A DNA stretch of 64,000 bases from an uncultured Enterocloster sp. (GTDB lineage: Bacteria; Bacillota; Clostridia; Lachnospirales; Lachnospiraceae). Below, piece by piece: positions 17,014 through 25,912 of this stretch. How positions within the stretch are numbered: position 1 is the first letter of the stretch; each line of letters opens with the position of its first letter. The notes beneath the pieces are model-generated. The model saw only the letters and a program-made list of their open reading frames with translations. It searched no databases and was not told the origin of the DNA. Both the position numbers and the translations under genes were made by a program. The stretch is from assembly GCA_944383785.1 (NCBI GenBank), contig CALWQV010000002.1, positions 25,721 through 89,720 of the forward strand, read 5' to 3'.

Positions 17014-18135
17014 ATGAGATTTTCCATAAAAGCAGCGATTTTTTCTAAAAAAATAAGGCCCTGGTTCCCGATCCTGGGTCTTTTTGCGTCCGCCCTTGCC
17101 TTACAGCTGGCGGCCCGTCTCCTTCCCGGCTTTGGCCAGTGGTACGCCGTTTCCGTCTACCCGCTGATCACCGGCAGCCTTGGGCGGCTTGCGGGGCTGT
17201 TCCCATTCTCCCTGTCGGAGCTGGGACTTTATATTCTGATCCTGCTGATTGTAATCAGCGCCTTCCGCTTCTGGCGCCGCCCCTGGATCCTTCTGCGGCG
17301 CGCCTGCCTTCTGGCATCGGCGCTGCTCTTTCTTTTTACCGCCAACTGCGGAGTCAACTACTACCGGCAGCCATTCTCCGCTTTAAGCGGCCTTAAAATC
17401 CGTCCCTCCACAAAGTAAGAGCTCTACGACCTGTGCTTTAGAATCGTTCTGGAAATCCAAAACTCCACCGGACAGCTAAAGGAGGAAGCCTCCGGCCAGT
17501 CCCTCATAGGACAGCAGGCGCGGGATCCCCTTCCCTCTTTTCGCCAGCTGAGGGACTGGGGCGAATCGGGCCGCCAGGCTCTTTCGGGGCTGGGCGAGGA
17601 ATTTCCCGTTCTGAAAGGCTTTTATCCTGCGCCAAAGCCTCTTCTGATTTCCCGGATTCTCTCGGTCCAGCAGCTCTGCGGCGTCTACTCCCCCTTTACC
17701 GTGGAGGCCAACTACAGCCGGGAAATGCCGCTGTACAACATTCCCCATACCATCTGCCACGAGCTCTCCCATCTAAAGGGCTTCATGCGGGAAGACGAGG
17801 CCAATTTCATCGGCTATCTGGCCTGCATCCGCTCGGAGGATTCCTATTTTCGCTACAGCGGGTACCTGATGGGCTGGGTATACGCGGGCAATGCTCTGGC
17901 GAAGGCGGACCCGGAGGGCTTTCAGGCGCTCCGTTCCCAGCTGCCAGAGGAAGCCCTGGCCGATCTTTCCTATAACAATGCCTTCTGGGATTCCTTTGAC
18001 ACCCAGATCGCCGAGGCGGCTACCAAGGTCAACGATACGTATCTAAAGCTTCAGGATCAGAAGGACGGGGTGGAAAGCTACGGCCGGGTAGTGGATCTGA
18101 TGCTGGCTTACGCCCGGACATCAGAGGATTCTTAA
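17014..18135 (+). pseudogene. DUF3810 family membrane metalloprotease-like gene interrupted by a single in-frame TAA
   Basis: ORFs 16954-17418 and 17701-18135 are in the same frame. I translated 17419-17700 and found it open and family-like (FPVLKGFYPAPKPLLISRILS..GVYSPFTVEAN). HELSH motif downstream. The only stop is TAA at 17416-17418. Confidence 0.6.
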
Positions 18136-18148
18136 ATTTCCCGGCAGG

Positions 18149-20074
18149 CTAACGTTTTTTCCACAGGATAACCGCGCCGATGGCAATTCCGGCAACCAGA
18201 AGCTCCAGAATCGCCGCCATGCCCAGAATCAGCGTTTGGGTCAGGGCGTTGACGCTCAGCGCCATTTCCTGGGACTTGGCGGCATTTACATCCTCTGTCC
18301 CCTCTTCCAGGCCGTAGGAATCCAGCTTCAGGGCCGCTCCCACCCGCTCTGTCATTTCCTCCAGCGCGCCCTCCTCAAAAATGCTCTGAAGACCGCATTC
18401 GTCAATGGCCGCCTGATAGGGATAGGATACTCCCATGGCCGACAGCTCCATATAGCAGTTCACCGCTCCCTGCCAGTCCGTCTGGGACTTAAGCCACAGC
18501 TGCATGGCCGGATAGGCGGAAGCCGCATAGCCGATATAATAAAGAGGCTGATGGTACAGATGGCCGATATCCACCCAGCTAAAGCACTGCCCGTCCTCAT
18601 CGTTGACAAAATACCACTGGTCATACTGGGCGTTCAAATCTCCAAACAGCTGATTCATTTCCTCCAGCGTCAGATCCGGATTCTCATAAACCGTTGTCTC
18701 GAACTCGTCCAGCAGCGCTCCCACCACGATGGAATCCATCGTATTCCCCAGGTTCTGAAGCTGGGCGTCCTCGGCCAGATCCCCAAACAGCTCCTCCTTA
18801 TAGTGCAGCATCAGAAGCTCCAGCCCCTGGGACTGAATCTCGCATACATCGACGCAGTTCGGCCGGTAGAGCCAGGGAACCTCTTCTTCCAAGGCCGCCG
18901 CGAAATGGCCGAACTCATGGGTCAGCGAAAAAAAGTCCTGAAAGCCATTTTCCCGTGTCAAAAACACGAAGGCGTCCCCATCATAGGGAAGCTCGATGGT
19001 AAAGCTGCCGCTGCGGCTGCCATTTTCCCCATCGGTTCCAATGTCATAAAGCTCCATTTCCCTCATATAGGAAAATGCCTCCCCCAGCTGCGGGTCCATA
19101 TCCCCCACATATCGCTGCACGGTATCCAAAAGCGCTTCGGAATCCTGTGAAATGGCTTCCGACACATCCTGGCTCTGAGCGTACCAGCAGTCTTCCAGCA
19201 GAAGAAGGGCGCTCTCCTTTGCAGGCTCGTAGAGCCTCTTCGTATCCTCCGGCGTAAAATCCCGGCTGTAAAGCATCTGGTAGGCGTAATCGCTGTAGGA
19301 ATCAAAGCCATTTTCCTCTGCGATCTTGGCGCGCACCTGAACCAGCTTAAGGTAAATCTCCCCCAGCCTCCGGTTGTTCTCCCGCTCTAAAGCCATATAA
19401 ATATGGTAGTATTCCTCTCCATCCAGATCCGCCTCTTGAAGGGATTCGTAATCCCACTCCTTCCCCTCTACCTTCACCGTAAAGGATTGAGAAGCGAGAC
19501 GGTTGTACTCCATCATCAGCTCCAGCTCCTCATCCATCAGCCGGGTCAGCTCCTGGGAGGCAGGCTCATAGCTTTGAACCGCCTGGGTAAGATCGTCCCC
19601 CATAAATGTTTTTAACTCTGAGCTGTCCGGAGCGGCCAAGGCTTTTTGCAGGCCGGCAAGCGTCATCTCCACTGCCTCCTGGGCCTGGCTGGCATCCTGC
19701 TCATACCGGGAGGCCAGCTGCTCATTTTCCAGGTCGGCGCTGTAGCGGATATCTGACATCGCCATCTGAGTGGCAATATAGTCCAGCTCCTCTAAAACCT
19801 GAACGTATGCTTCAATCGATGTAATTTCACGAACTGGCTGCTGTGAAGTTACAGGCTGACATGCCTCCTCCAGCTGGGCAGTCAGCTCCTCCAGCTTTGA
19901 TAAATCAGTTTCCCCGTAAGGGCGCTGGCTGTAAGGCGTCCCGCTCTGCCCTCCAAGCACTGTCCCAGCCGCCCCAAAGGTCAGGGCCGCCGCAAGAAAC
20001 AGAGCTGCGGCTTTCTTCCATTGATTCCGTCTTTTTGCTCGTTTCGCCACCGGTTTTTCCTCCCTTGGTATCAT
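18149..20074 (-). CDS. M3-like zinc oligoendopeptidase with N-terminal signal anchor and C-terminal TM helix
   Basis: HEFGH zinc motif, PepF-like length, hydrophobic N-terminal (AAALFLAAALTFGAAG) and C-terminal (LILGMAAILELLVAGIAIGAVILW) segments. Confidence 0.7.
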   Translation of the reverse strand: MIPREEKPVAKRAKRRNQWKKAAALFLAAALTFGAAGTVLGGQSGTPYSQRPYGETDLSKLEELTAQLEEACQPVTSQQPVREITSIEAYVQVLEELDYIATQMAMSDIRYSADLENEQLASRYEQDASQAQEAVEMTLAGLQKALAAPDSSELKTFMGDDLTQAVQSYEPASQELTRLMDEELELMMEYNRLASQSFTVKVEGKEWDYESLQEADLDGEEYYHIYMALERENNRRLGEIYLKLVQVRAKIAEENGFDSYSDYAYQMLYSRDFTPEDTKRLYEPAKESALLLLEDCWYAQSQDVSEAISQDSEALLDTVQRYVGDMDPQLGEAFSYMREMELYDIGTDGENGSRSGSFTIELPYDGDAFVFLTRENGFQDFFSLTHEFGHFAAALEEEVPWLYRPNCVDVCEIQSQGLELLMLHYKEELFGDLAEDAQLQNLGNTMDSIVVGALLDEFETTVYENPDLTLEEMNQLFGDLNAQYDQWYFVNDEDGQCFSWVDIGHLYHQPLYYIGYAASAYPAMQLWLKSQTDWQGAVNCYMELSAMGVSYPYQAAIDECGLQSIFEEGALEEMTERVGAALKLDSYGLEEGTEDVNAAKSQEMALSVNALTQTLILGMAAILELLVAGIAIGAVILWKKR

Positions 20075-20104
20075 GGCTTTATTTTAGCACAAAAAGGGAA
20101 GCGC

Positions 20105-21451
20105 TCACAAGTGGGCTTTCTCCATTTTCTGAAGAGCCCTGCGCAGAATCCCCCAGGAGAACACCGCCGCCACAGCCTCCGTAATCCAGAAGGCATGCCA
20201 TACGCCTGCCGCTCCCGCCAGACGGCTAAGCAAAAATGCCGCCGGAATAATAATTACAATATAGCGCAGCAAAGAGATCGCAAAGGAGGGACTCCCCATG
20301 CCCAGCCCCTCCAGGGCTCCGGAAAAAGTAACGGAGACAGCGGAAACGATAAATCCGGCGCTGATAATCCGCAGAGCCTGGGCTCCCATCTGGACAGTCT
20401 GTGCATTGGAAGTGAAAAGCCCCATTAGCCGGTCCGGAACCGTCAGACAGAGAACCGTTCCCACCACCATAATAAGGGCGCTCATCCACAGAGCGGTGCC
20501 GCAGATTTTCCTCACCCGGCGAATCTCTCCCGCTCCGTAGTTGTATCCCACCAAGGGCCGCATTCCCTGAACGATTCCGCTGGCCGGCAGGTAAAGAAAG
20601 GTCTGAAGCTTATAATAAATCCCAAGCACCAGCACATAGCTCTCTGAAAACGCCGACAGCACCGCGTTCAGAGCGGAAATCAGTATCGATGGCAGGGCAA
20701 GGCTTAGGGAAGCCGGGATTCCTACCGCATACAGGCGGCGGATCATAAAGGAATCCGGCGCGAAATTTTTCAAGCGGATATGCACCGGAATCGGCTGAAT
20801 TTTGCAGATCAGCAGGTACAGCGTCAAGGTTAAAGTCTGGCCCAGCCCGGTGGCCAGGGCCGCTCCCTCGATCCCCATAGCAGGAACAGGGCCCAGGCCA
20901 AAAATCATAATCGGGTCCAGGATAATATTGCCAATACAGCCCGCCATCAGGCAGAACATGGTAGAGCCCATCCGGCCAACTGCCTGGAAAATCTTCTCAT
21001 AGGCCAGCCCCAGGGCCACAATAATAGAAAATCCAAATACGATCCGGCTGTAGCGCATGCTCAGATCGATCAGGTTCTGATCCGAGGTAAACATCCGCAG
21101 AAATGCCGGCATAAGGGCAATACAGCCCACTGTCATCACCGCCCCGTGAATCACGCTCATTAAAATTCCCTGAGCAGCCGCCCGGTCCGTCTTCTTCTGA
21201 TCCTGGGCTCCCAGGTAGAAGGAAATCACCGCGTTAATTCCGATCCCATAGCCGATGGTCACCGCGCTTACCAGGTTCTGTACCGGATAAACCAGGGATA
21301 GAGCCGTCATAGCGTCCTCGCTGATTTTCGCCACAAAATAGCTGTCCACGATGTTGTACAGGGAATTTACCAGCATGGAAATTACCATGGGAAGGGACAT
21401 GGACAGCAGCAGGTTTAAAATTGGTTTCTCTTTCATGTAGGTCTGGTCCAT
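20105..21451 (-). CDS. MATE family efflux transporter
   Basis: 12-TM MatE-like sequence. Start set at MDQTYMKEKPILNLL.. (ATG 21451) with a GAGGAG RBS. The track ORF extends 65 codons further upstream through a terminator. Confidence 0.88.
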   Translation of the reverse strand: MDQTYMKEKPILNLLLSMSLPMVISMLVNSLYNIVDSYFVAKISEDAMTALSLVYPVQNLVSAVTIGYGIGINAVISFYLGAQDQKKTDRAAAQGILMSVIHGAVMTVGCIALMPAFLRMFTSDQNLIDLSMRYSRIVFGFSIIVALGLAYEKIFQAVGRMGSTMFCLMAGCIGNIILDPIMIFGLGPVPAMGIEGAALATGLGQTLTLTLYLLICKIQPIPVHIRLKNFAPDSFMIRRLYAVGIPASLSLALPSILISALNAVLSAFSESYVLVLGIYYKLQTFLYLPASGIVQGMRPLVGYNYGAGEIRRVRKICGTALWMSALIMVVGTVLCLTVPDRLMGLFTSNAQTVQMGAQALRIISAGFIVSAVSVTFSGALEGLGMGSPSFAISLLRYIVIIIPAAFLLSRLAGAAGVWHAFWITEAVAAVFSWGILRRALQKMEKAHL

Positions 21452-21546
21452 TATTTTTCTCCTCTCGTCTGTATTTTTCCGCCAAATCTTCTCTAAACTT
21501 ACAGGGACTATACGGGCATGACAGCCCCCTTGACTGGATTTACGCA

Positions 21547-21592
21547 CAAAAAACGCCACCCAACTGCCGGTTTCATCCGGTAATTGTGTGGC
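21547..21592 (-). terminator. Intrinsic terminator after the Rpn-like gene
   Basis: 16-bp imperfect stem (21577-21592 / 21555-21570) followed on the minus strand by GTTTTTT. Confidence 0.6.
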
Positions 21593-21669
21593 GAAAAATG
21601 GAAGCCTCCAGAAAAGTCCACATCTGTGAAGATTTTGGAGCTTCATTATAGCATCTTAAGCGCAGGGTG

Positions 21670-22680
21670 TCAAATGGGAACCTGAAATTGTTCTAAAAGC
21701 TTATTCCACTGCTGATCGCTTAATTTTGCCGCGTACCTTCGGACTTTCTCCGGGTTCATGCCATCTTTTAACATCTCTTCCGCCATTTCAATCTGACCCT
21801 CAGCCCTTTCCTCTTCCAACTCCTTCTTTAATACTTCCCACATATCGATCCACTCCTTTCCTTGTTCTGCCGCGTTTTTAAAGGTTTTCTGCAGGCGCGC
21901 CTTAGTGCCTGTAATAACTGCCGCCGTGTAGGCTGTTTCAAGGCTTACGTTTTTAAACGTTTCCGGCATATTGCGCCTACCGCTCTGATAAAGCTTATGA
22001 ATTAATTGAAATAGCTGTGAAACATCCCTGTTTTGGAAAGGGTATTCCGTCAAGCCGTTTGCGCATACAAGACAGGCTGGGGCATAGCTCTGAAAATAAA
22101 GCGGCTTCTCGGGAGAGCCGAAATCCATCATATCCGCCAGCGTCCAAGGGCCGTCCCACTCTTTCTCTCCCCAATAGAGCACTGCCGTGTAGCAGGGGAT
22201 CAGCCGGTCGTCCTTTTTCAGCCCAGACAGGAACTCATCCCGATCTCCCCAAGCTTTCTCCCGGTGATTTCTCCGGCTGATTTCCTCTGCCTGCCTCAGG
22301 TAGCTTAAAGAGTCGTAGATCATCGTCCTTAGCGGCATTGCATAGTGGATATGCTGCTGATGCTCCATCCCCAGAATGCGGTAGCAGGTTCCGTCTCCGG
22401 AAAATTTAACCACATCTCTTGTCCGTTTCAGCGTCGCTTGAAATTTCTCGCTTAAAATACTGGCCGAAACATTTGTATCCAGTTCCCGCAGCTGTTCAGG
22501 CCTGACGAACCGCTCCCCCTTAAACAAACAGCTGTTGAACAGATCCGCAAAGCGTTCATTGTCCCTGAAAAAAGCCTGAATCTGGACGTCAGGGGATGAA
22601 TTGTTTAAATTGATTGCTGTTTTGTGTTTTTGACTGTGCTTTGCCGGCGCATTACCCATACGCACTTCTCCCTTCATCAT
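21670..22680 (-). CDS. Rpn family recombination-promoting nuclease / putative transposase (Transposase_31, YhgA-like)
   Basis: N-terminal FFRDNERFADLFN.., PD-(D/E)XK-like core, helical C-terminal domain. An alternative ATG at 22659 has a GGGAGAAG RBS. Confidence 0.75.
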   Translation of the reverse strand: MMKGEVRMGNAPAKHSQKHKTAINLNNSSPDVQIQAFFRDNERFADLFNSCLFKGERFVRPEQLRELDTNVSASILSEKFQATLKRTRDVVKFSGDGTCYRILGMEHQQHIHYAMPLRTMIYDSLSYLRQAEEISRRNHREKAWGDRDEFLSGLKKDDRLIPCYTAVLYWGEKEWDGPWTLADMMDFGSPEKPLYFQSYAPACLVCANGLTEYPFQNRDVSQLFQLIHKLYQSGRRNMPETFKNVSLETAYTAAVITGTKARLQKTFKNAAEQGKEWIDMWEVLKKELEEERAEGQIEMAEEMLKDGMNPEKVRRYAAKLSDQQWNKLLEQFQVPI

Positions 22681-22865
22681 ACAGTATTTTTTTCTTTCTG
22701 TAAATGTCTGTCTGGTATGGTTCCGGAATCATAGAAATGTGAATCGAACCTGAAATGATTGACAGATGCCTTACGGCCTAGAAAGCTTTGAATTTTTGGT
22801 GTTTTTATCTTATCACAAGGGGGAGAACAAAGCAAGCTTTTTCTCCCCCCTTGTGATGATTCAAT

Positions 22866-23468
22866 TTAGTATCCTAACTCCTCGTCGATCAGCACAACCT
22901 CCGCCTCACAGGAGGTCATCTTCTCCCACAAAATCAGCATCCCACGGCACATCCGGTCCGGGCTCTTGCAGTCCTGGCAGCTGCCGGTAACGGCGCAGGG
23001 CGTCTTGCGCTTCAGCCGCAGGGCATTTTTCGGAGAAGCCACGTTTCTGGCCCGGAAAATGGCATCTTCCAGGGTATCGGCTAATTTATTCTTCCCGATC
23101 ACATAGTAAACCTTCTTGTGCCCGAAGAGCATCGAGGCCAGGCGGTTTCCCGTTCCGTCGATATTCACCAGCTCCCCAGTTTTGGACAGGGCGTTGGATG
23201 AGCAGATGTAAACGTCCGTCGTCATCGCCTGCATGCGCATTTCATCCGCCGTAGTCCCCTCTGCCGGGTGCCAATGGCTGACTACCTGATTGTGGGTTCC
23301 CAGGCTTTCATAAAGCCCCATATCCTCCGCCGTCACGGAACCGCCAAAGCCCACGCTTACTCCGTCAATCTCCCGGTTCAGGTAATCCGCTGCCTCCTTT
23401 GCGGTGGCAAAGCAGCTGACCTGGTAGCCGCGTTTCTCCAGCTGTGCGCGAATCTCATCGTAATTCAT
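22866..23468 (-). CDS. LUD domain (YkgG/LutC-like) protein with C-terminal Cys cluster
   Basis: MNYDEIRAQLEKRGYQVSCF..VGFGGSVT.. resembles clostridial proteins annotated as lactate utilization protein. Cys residues near the C-terminus (CAVTGSCQDCKSPDRMC). Confidence 0.65.
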   Translation of the reverse strand: MNYDEIRAQLEKRGYQVSCFATAKEAADYLNREIDGVSVGFGGSVTAEDMGLYESLGTHNQVVSHWHPAEGTTADEMRMQAMTTDVYICSSNALSKTGELVNIDGTGNRLASMLFGHKKVYYVIGKNKLADTLEDAIFRARNVASPKNALRLKRKTPCAVTGSCQDCKSPDRMCRGMLILWEKMTSCEAEVVLIDEELGY

Positions 23469-23488
23469 TCATTTTCCTCCTGATCTTA

Positions 23489-25699
23489 TTAAAATTGTGA
23501 ATCGATTTCATACAGTTCGATATATGAGGTTAATACATATCCAATCATTCCATCATAAGACACATGGTAAAAATCTGGCCAAGCACTGTTGTCCATTGCT
23601 GGAACAATCATTACATCTGTACCCAGCGGAAGCCGGCAAATTTCTTCCTCATCTGTGCTGGGATAGGAATATAGCGCAATGCTCTCCTGGCAATTTACGA
23701 CTATTCCGTGAACCGAGTTCCATATCTGGGGTTCAAGGGGGTCTATGCATGAACTTTCAATATAGCCTGTCATCCCTTGGTATGATACCTGAAAATATCC
23801 GGTATCCGGAAAATATTGCTCAAACAAAACGCCTTCGCAATATGGAACCCAGGCAATTCTCTCTGCATTTGAATCGGGAGCTGCATATAGAGGTGTACTA
23901 GGAGCCTCAATCACATACAGCGAACTGAGCCCGCTTTCCATCTGCACCCCTCCAATCTCCGTCGAAGTAATTCCCCCTTCCAATTCCGCCTGGGTTTCCA
24001 CAGCCACATCTTCCACATTCCCGTGTTTCTCAGCCTGTCCGGTACTTTTGCCTGAACCGCTTAAATAGGTTGTAAAATTTTCCTCCGTCACTCCCACCAT
24101 ATTGTAGCGGATCGCCCGGCTGGTCACTGCCTCTACTTCTTCCATGCCTTCCGGGTTCTCAACTATCACAGGATCTTCATGCCCCATCTGCTCTGTCATT
24201 GTCAGGGAAGAGCCGTCAAATTTATATAAGGTCAGCAAGACGCCCATCTGGTACATTCCGCCGATGACGATGTTTTCCTCCGGCAAAAACTGTTGGTCAT
24301 CTGGGGCAAGAGGCTCATAATGCATTTCCCCTCCATCGTACCAGCAAAAATAGGCGTATGTATCTGCATCACTTCCTCCCGGCACAAAGACATTCATCTC
24401 ATAGATTCCATCCCCATTTAAATCAAAAACTGCAAATTCAGTTGGCCTTGTGTCTGTGTCTGCGGGCTGGAACAGGGCATCCTCAGTCAGCGCCTGGCGG
24501 TACAGGGCTATGGCCTGGCGGTTATCCTCATTGTCATACAGAACCTCTGAGGCAGCCTCCTGACCTGCGGCAGAGGCTTCGCTCTCCGCGCTCGTTTCTT
24601 CAAGGCTGCCCTGGCTCTCTATAATCCCCTCTTCTCTCGTCTCTTCTGCCGTCACATCCGCCTCAGCTACATAGGCCTCCGGCTCCGGAAGTACCTGGGA
24701 AGCGACAAACGCTCCCCCTCCCGTTGCGATCACAGCTCCAGCTCCTACAGCGGCAATTTTCACCCCGATTCCCATGCTACCGACGATGGCTCCCAGTTTG
24801 GCTCCAATCCCGGCGGAGATTCCGGCTGCCGCAGCGCCCGTTCCCGCCGCGGCTGCGCCTACTCCTGCTGCAGCAGTTCCCGTTACAGCTGTTCCCGCTG
24901 CCGCAGTCCCTGTTCCTGTAACAGCCGTTCCCGCTGCCGCTTCACCCGCCGCAGCGGAAGCGCCAGACATTCCTTCCCCAGCGGCAGCTGAACCAGGGGC
25001 CTTCTCCGCTTTTGCTGCCGTCTTCGCGGCAGCGGCGGCTGCCCCTGCTCCGGCGCCAATTTCCACGGCGGCATAAACCTCTTCCCGGAAAGCCAATGCC
25101 ACAAGTACGGAAATGGGAATGATATTGAGCTCGATTCCCAGCTTTCGGAAATCCTCTCTCCTGGCAAGTAGCTTCTTTCTGCCCTGGTAAAGCCGCGACT
25201 TAATCGTATTCTCCGAAATTCCTAAGCTGGCCGCCATTTCCCGGATGGTCACCTTCTGGCCATAGACCATCCACAAGGCGTCTCTCTGGTCTTCCGGCAA
25301 TTCCTCCATAACCTGAAGGACAATTCCTGATACTGCCTTGCGGTCCGCGACGATCTCCGGCTCCGCCTCCTGCCTCTCATCCCGAAATTCTGGGATATTT
25401 CCTTCTTCATCCGCCAGCTCGGAAAACAGCTGAGGCCGCTTTTTCATATTGTGGCGGATAGCTGTGTTGGCGGCAATGCGGTTAATCCACGCCTGAACCT
25501 TATCCTCCTGAGTCAGCTGCCCGATAGATTGGTAAACGCGAAGATAGGTTTCCTGCAGAATGTCCTCATAATCCCCGCTTACGTCGCAGTAGCGCTTGAT
25601 CACTGCCAGGGCCACCCGCTTCGTCTTTTCATAAAGAACCTGGAACGCCTCATCGTCGTGAGCTTTCGCCCCTTTTACAGCATTTAACAGATCGTTCAT
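23489..25699 (-). CDS. Sigma-70 family (ECF-like) sigma factor fused to an Ala/Gly-rich linker, TM segments and an extracytoplasmic domain with two SH3b-like modules
   Basis: Region 2 (DILQETYLRVYQ, AWINRIAANTAIRH) and region 4 (VTIREMAASLGISENTIKSRLYQGRKKL) in the first 190 aa or so. Hydrophobic IIPISVLVALAF and GIGVKIAAVGAGAVIATGGGAFVA. C-terminal GYFQVSYQGMTGYIESSCI and FYHVSYDGMIGYVLTSYI SH3_3-like motifs. Confidence 0.8.
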   Translation of the reverse strand: MNDLLNAVKGAKAHDDEAFQVLYEKTKRVALAVIKRYCDVSGDYEDILQETYLRVYQSIGQLTQEDKVQAWINRIAANTAIRHNMKKRPQLFSELADEEGNIPEFRDERQEAEPEIVADRKAVSGIVLQVMEELPEDQRDALWMVYGQKVTIREMAASLGISENTIKSRLYQGRKKLLARREDFRKLGIELNIIPISVLVALAFREEVYAAVEIGAGAGAAAAAAKTAAKAEKAPGSAAAGEGMSGASAAAGEAAAGTAVTGTGTAAAGTAVTGTAAAGVGAAAAGTGAAAAGISAGIGAKLGAIVGSMGIGVKIAAVGAGAVIATGGGAFVASQVLPEPEAYVAEADVTAEETREEGIIESQGSLEETSAESEASAAGQEAASEVLYDNEDNRQAIALYRQALTEDALFQPADTDTRPTEFAVFDLNGDGIYEMNVFVPGGSDADTYAYFCWYDGGEMHYEPLAPDDQQFLPEENIVIGGMYQMGVLLTLYKFDGSSLTMTEQMGHEDPVIVENPEGMEEVEAVTSRAIRYNMVGVTEENFTTYLSGSGKSTGQAEKHGNVEDVAVETQAELEGGITSTEIGGVQMESGLSSLYVIEAPSTPLYAAPDSNAERIAWVPYCEGVLFEQYFPDTGYFQVSYQGMTGYIESSCIDPLEPQIWNSVHGIVVNCQESIALYSYPSTDEEEICRLPLGTDVMIVPAMDNSAWPDFYHVSYDGMIGYVLTSYIELYEIDSQF

Positions 25700-25861
25700 A
25701 AAAAAATCCCCCTTCTATTCTTCCTTCTAATGGTATAGATACCGGAGATTTAAAAAAGGTTTTCTTTTGTTCTATTATAACTGTTTTTTTATTTTCGGAC
25801 AATCATACTAATTATAAAATTCATAAAACTCTTTGAGTAACTGACAGATATAAATTGCCAT

Positions 25862-25903
25862 AAAAAACGCCGCACACTGCCAACTCTTCCGGCAATGTGC
25901 GGC
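25862..25903 (-). terminator. Intrinsic terminator ending the enzyme operon
   Basis: 13-bp stem (25891-25903 / 25869-25881, one mismatch) followed on the minus strand by a T-run (complement of 25862-25867). Confidence 0.7.
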
Positions 25904-25912
25904 TTAAGGTTT

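Noticed and set aside
18236-19150. A 304-aa plus-strand ORF, with several shorter ones up to 20428, antisense to the M3-like peptidase and MATE genes.
   Set aside because: These are mirror-frame ORFs of GC3-rich genes. They are Leu/Arg/Pro/Gly-rich with no motifs or RBS, and the opposite-strand genes have clear family signatures.
21452-21646. A possible riboswitch or attenuator leader upstream of the MATE gene (hairpins plus a T-run), together with the longer track ORF start at 21646.
   Set aside because: The strong hairpin plus T-run is best explained as the terminator of the upstream Rpn-like gene. I recognise no known riboswitch consensus, and the MATE family alignment and RBS support the start at 21451.
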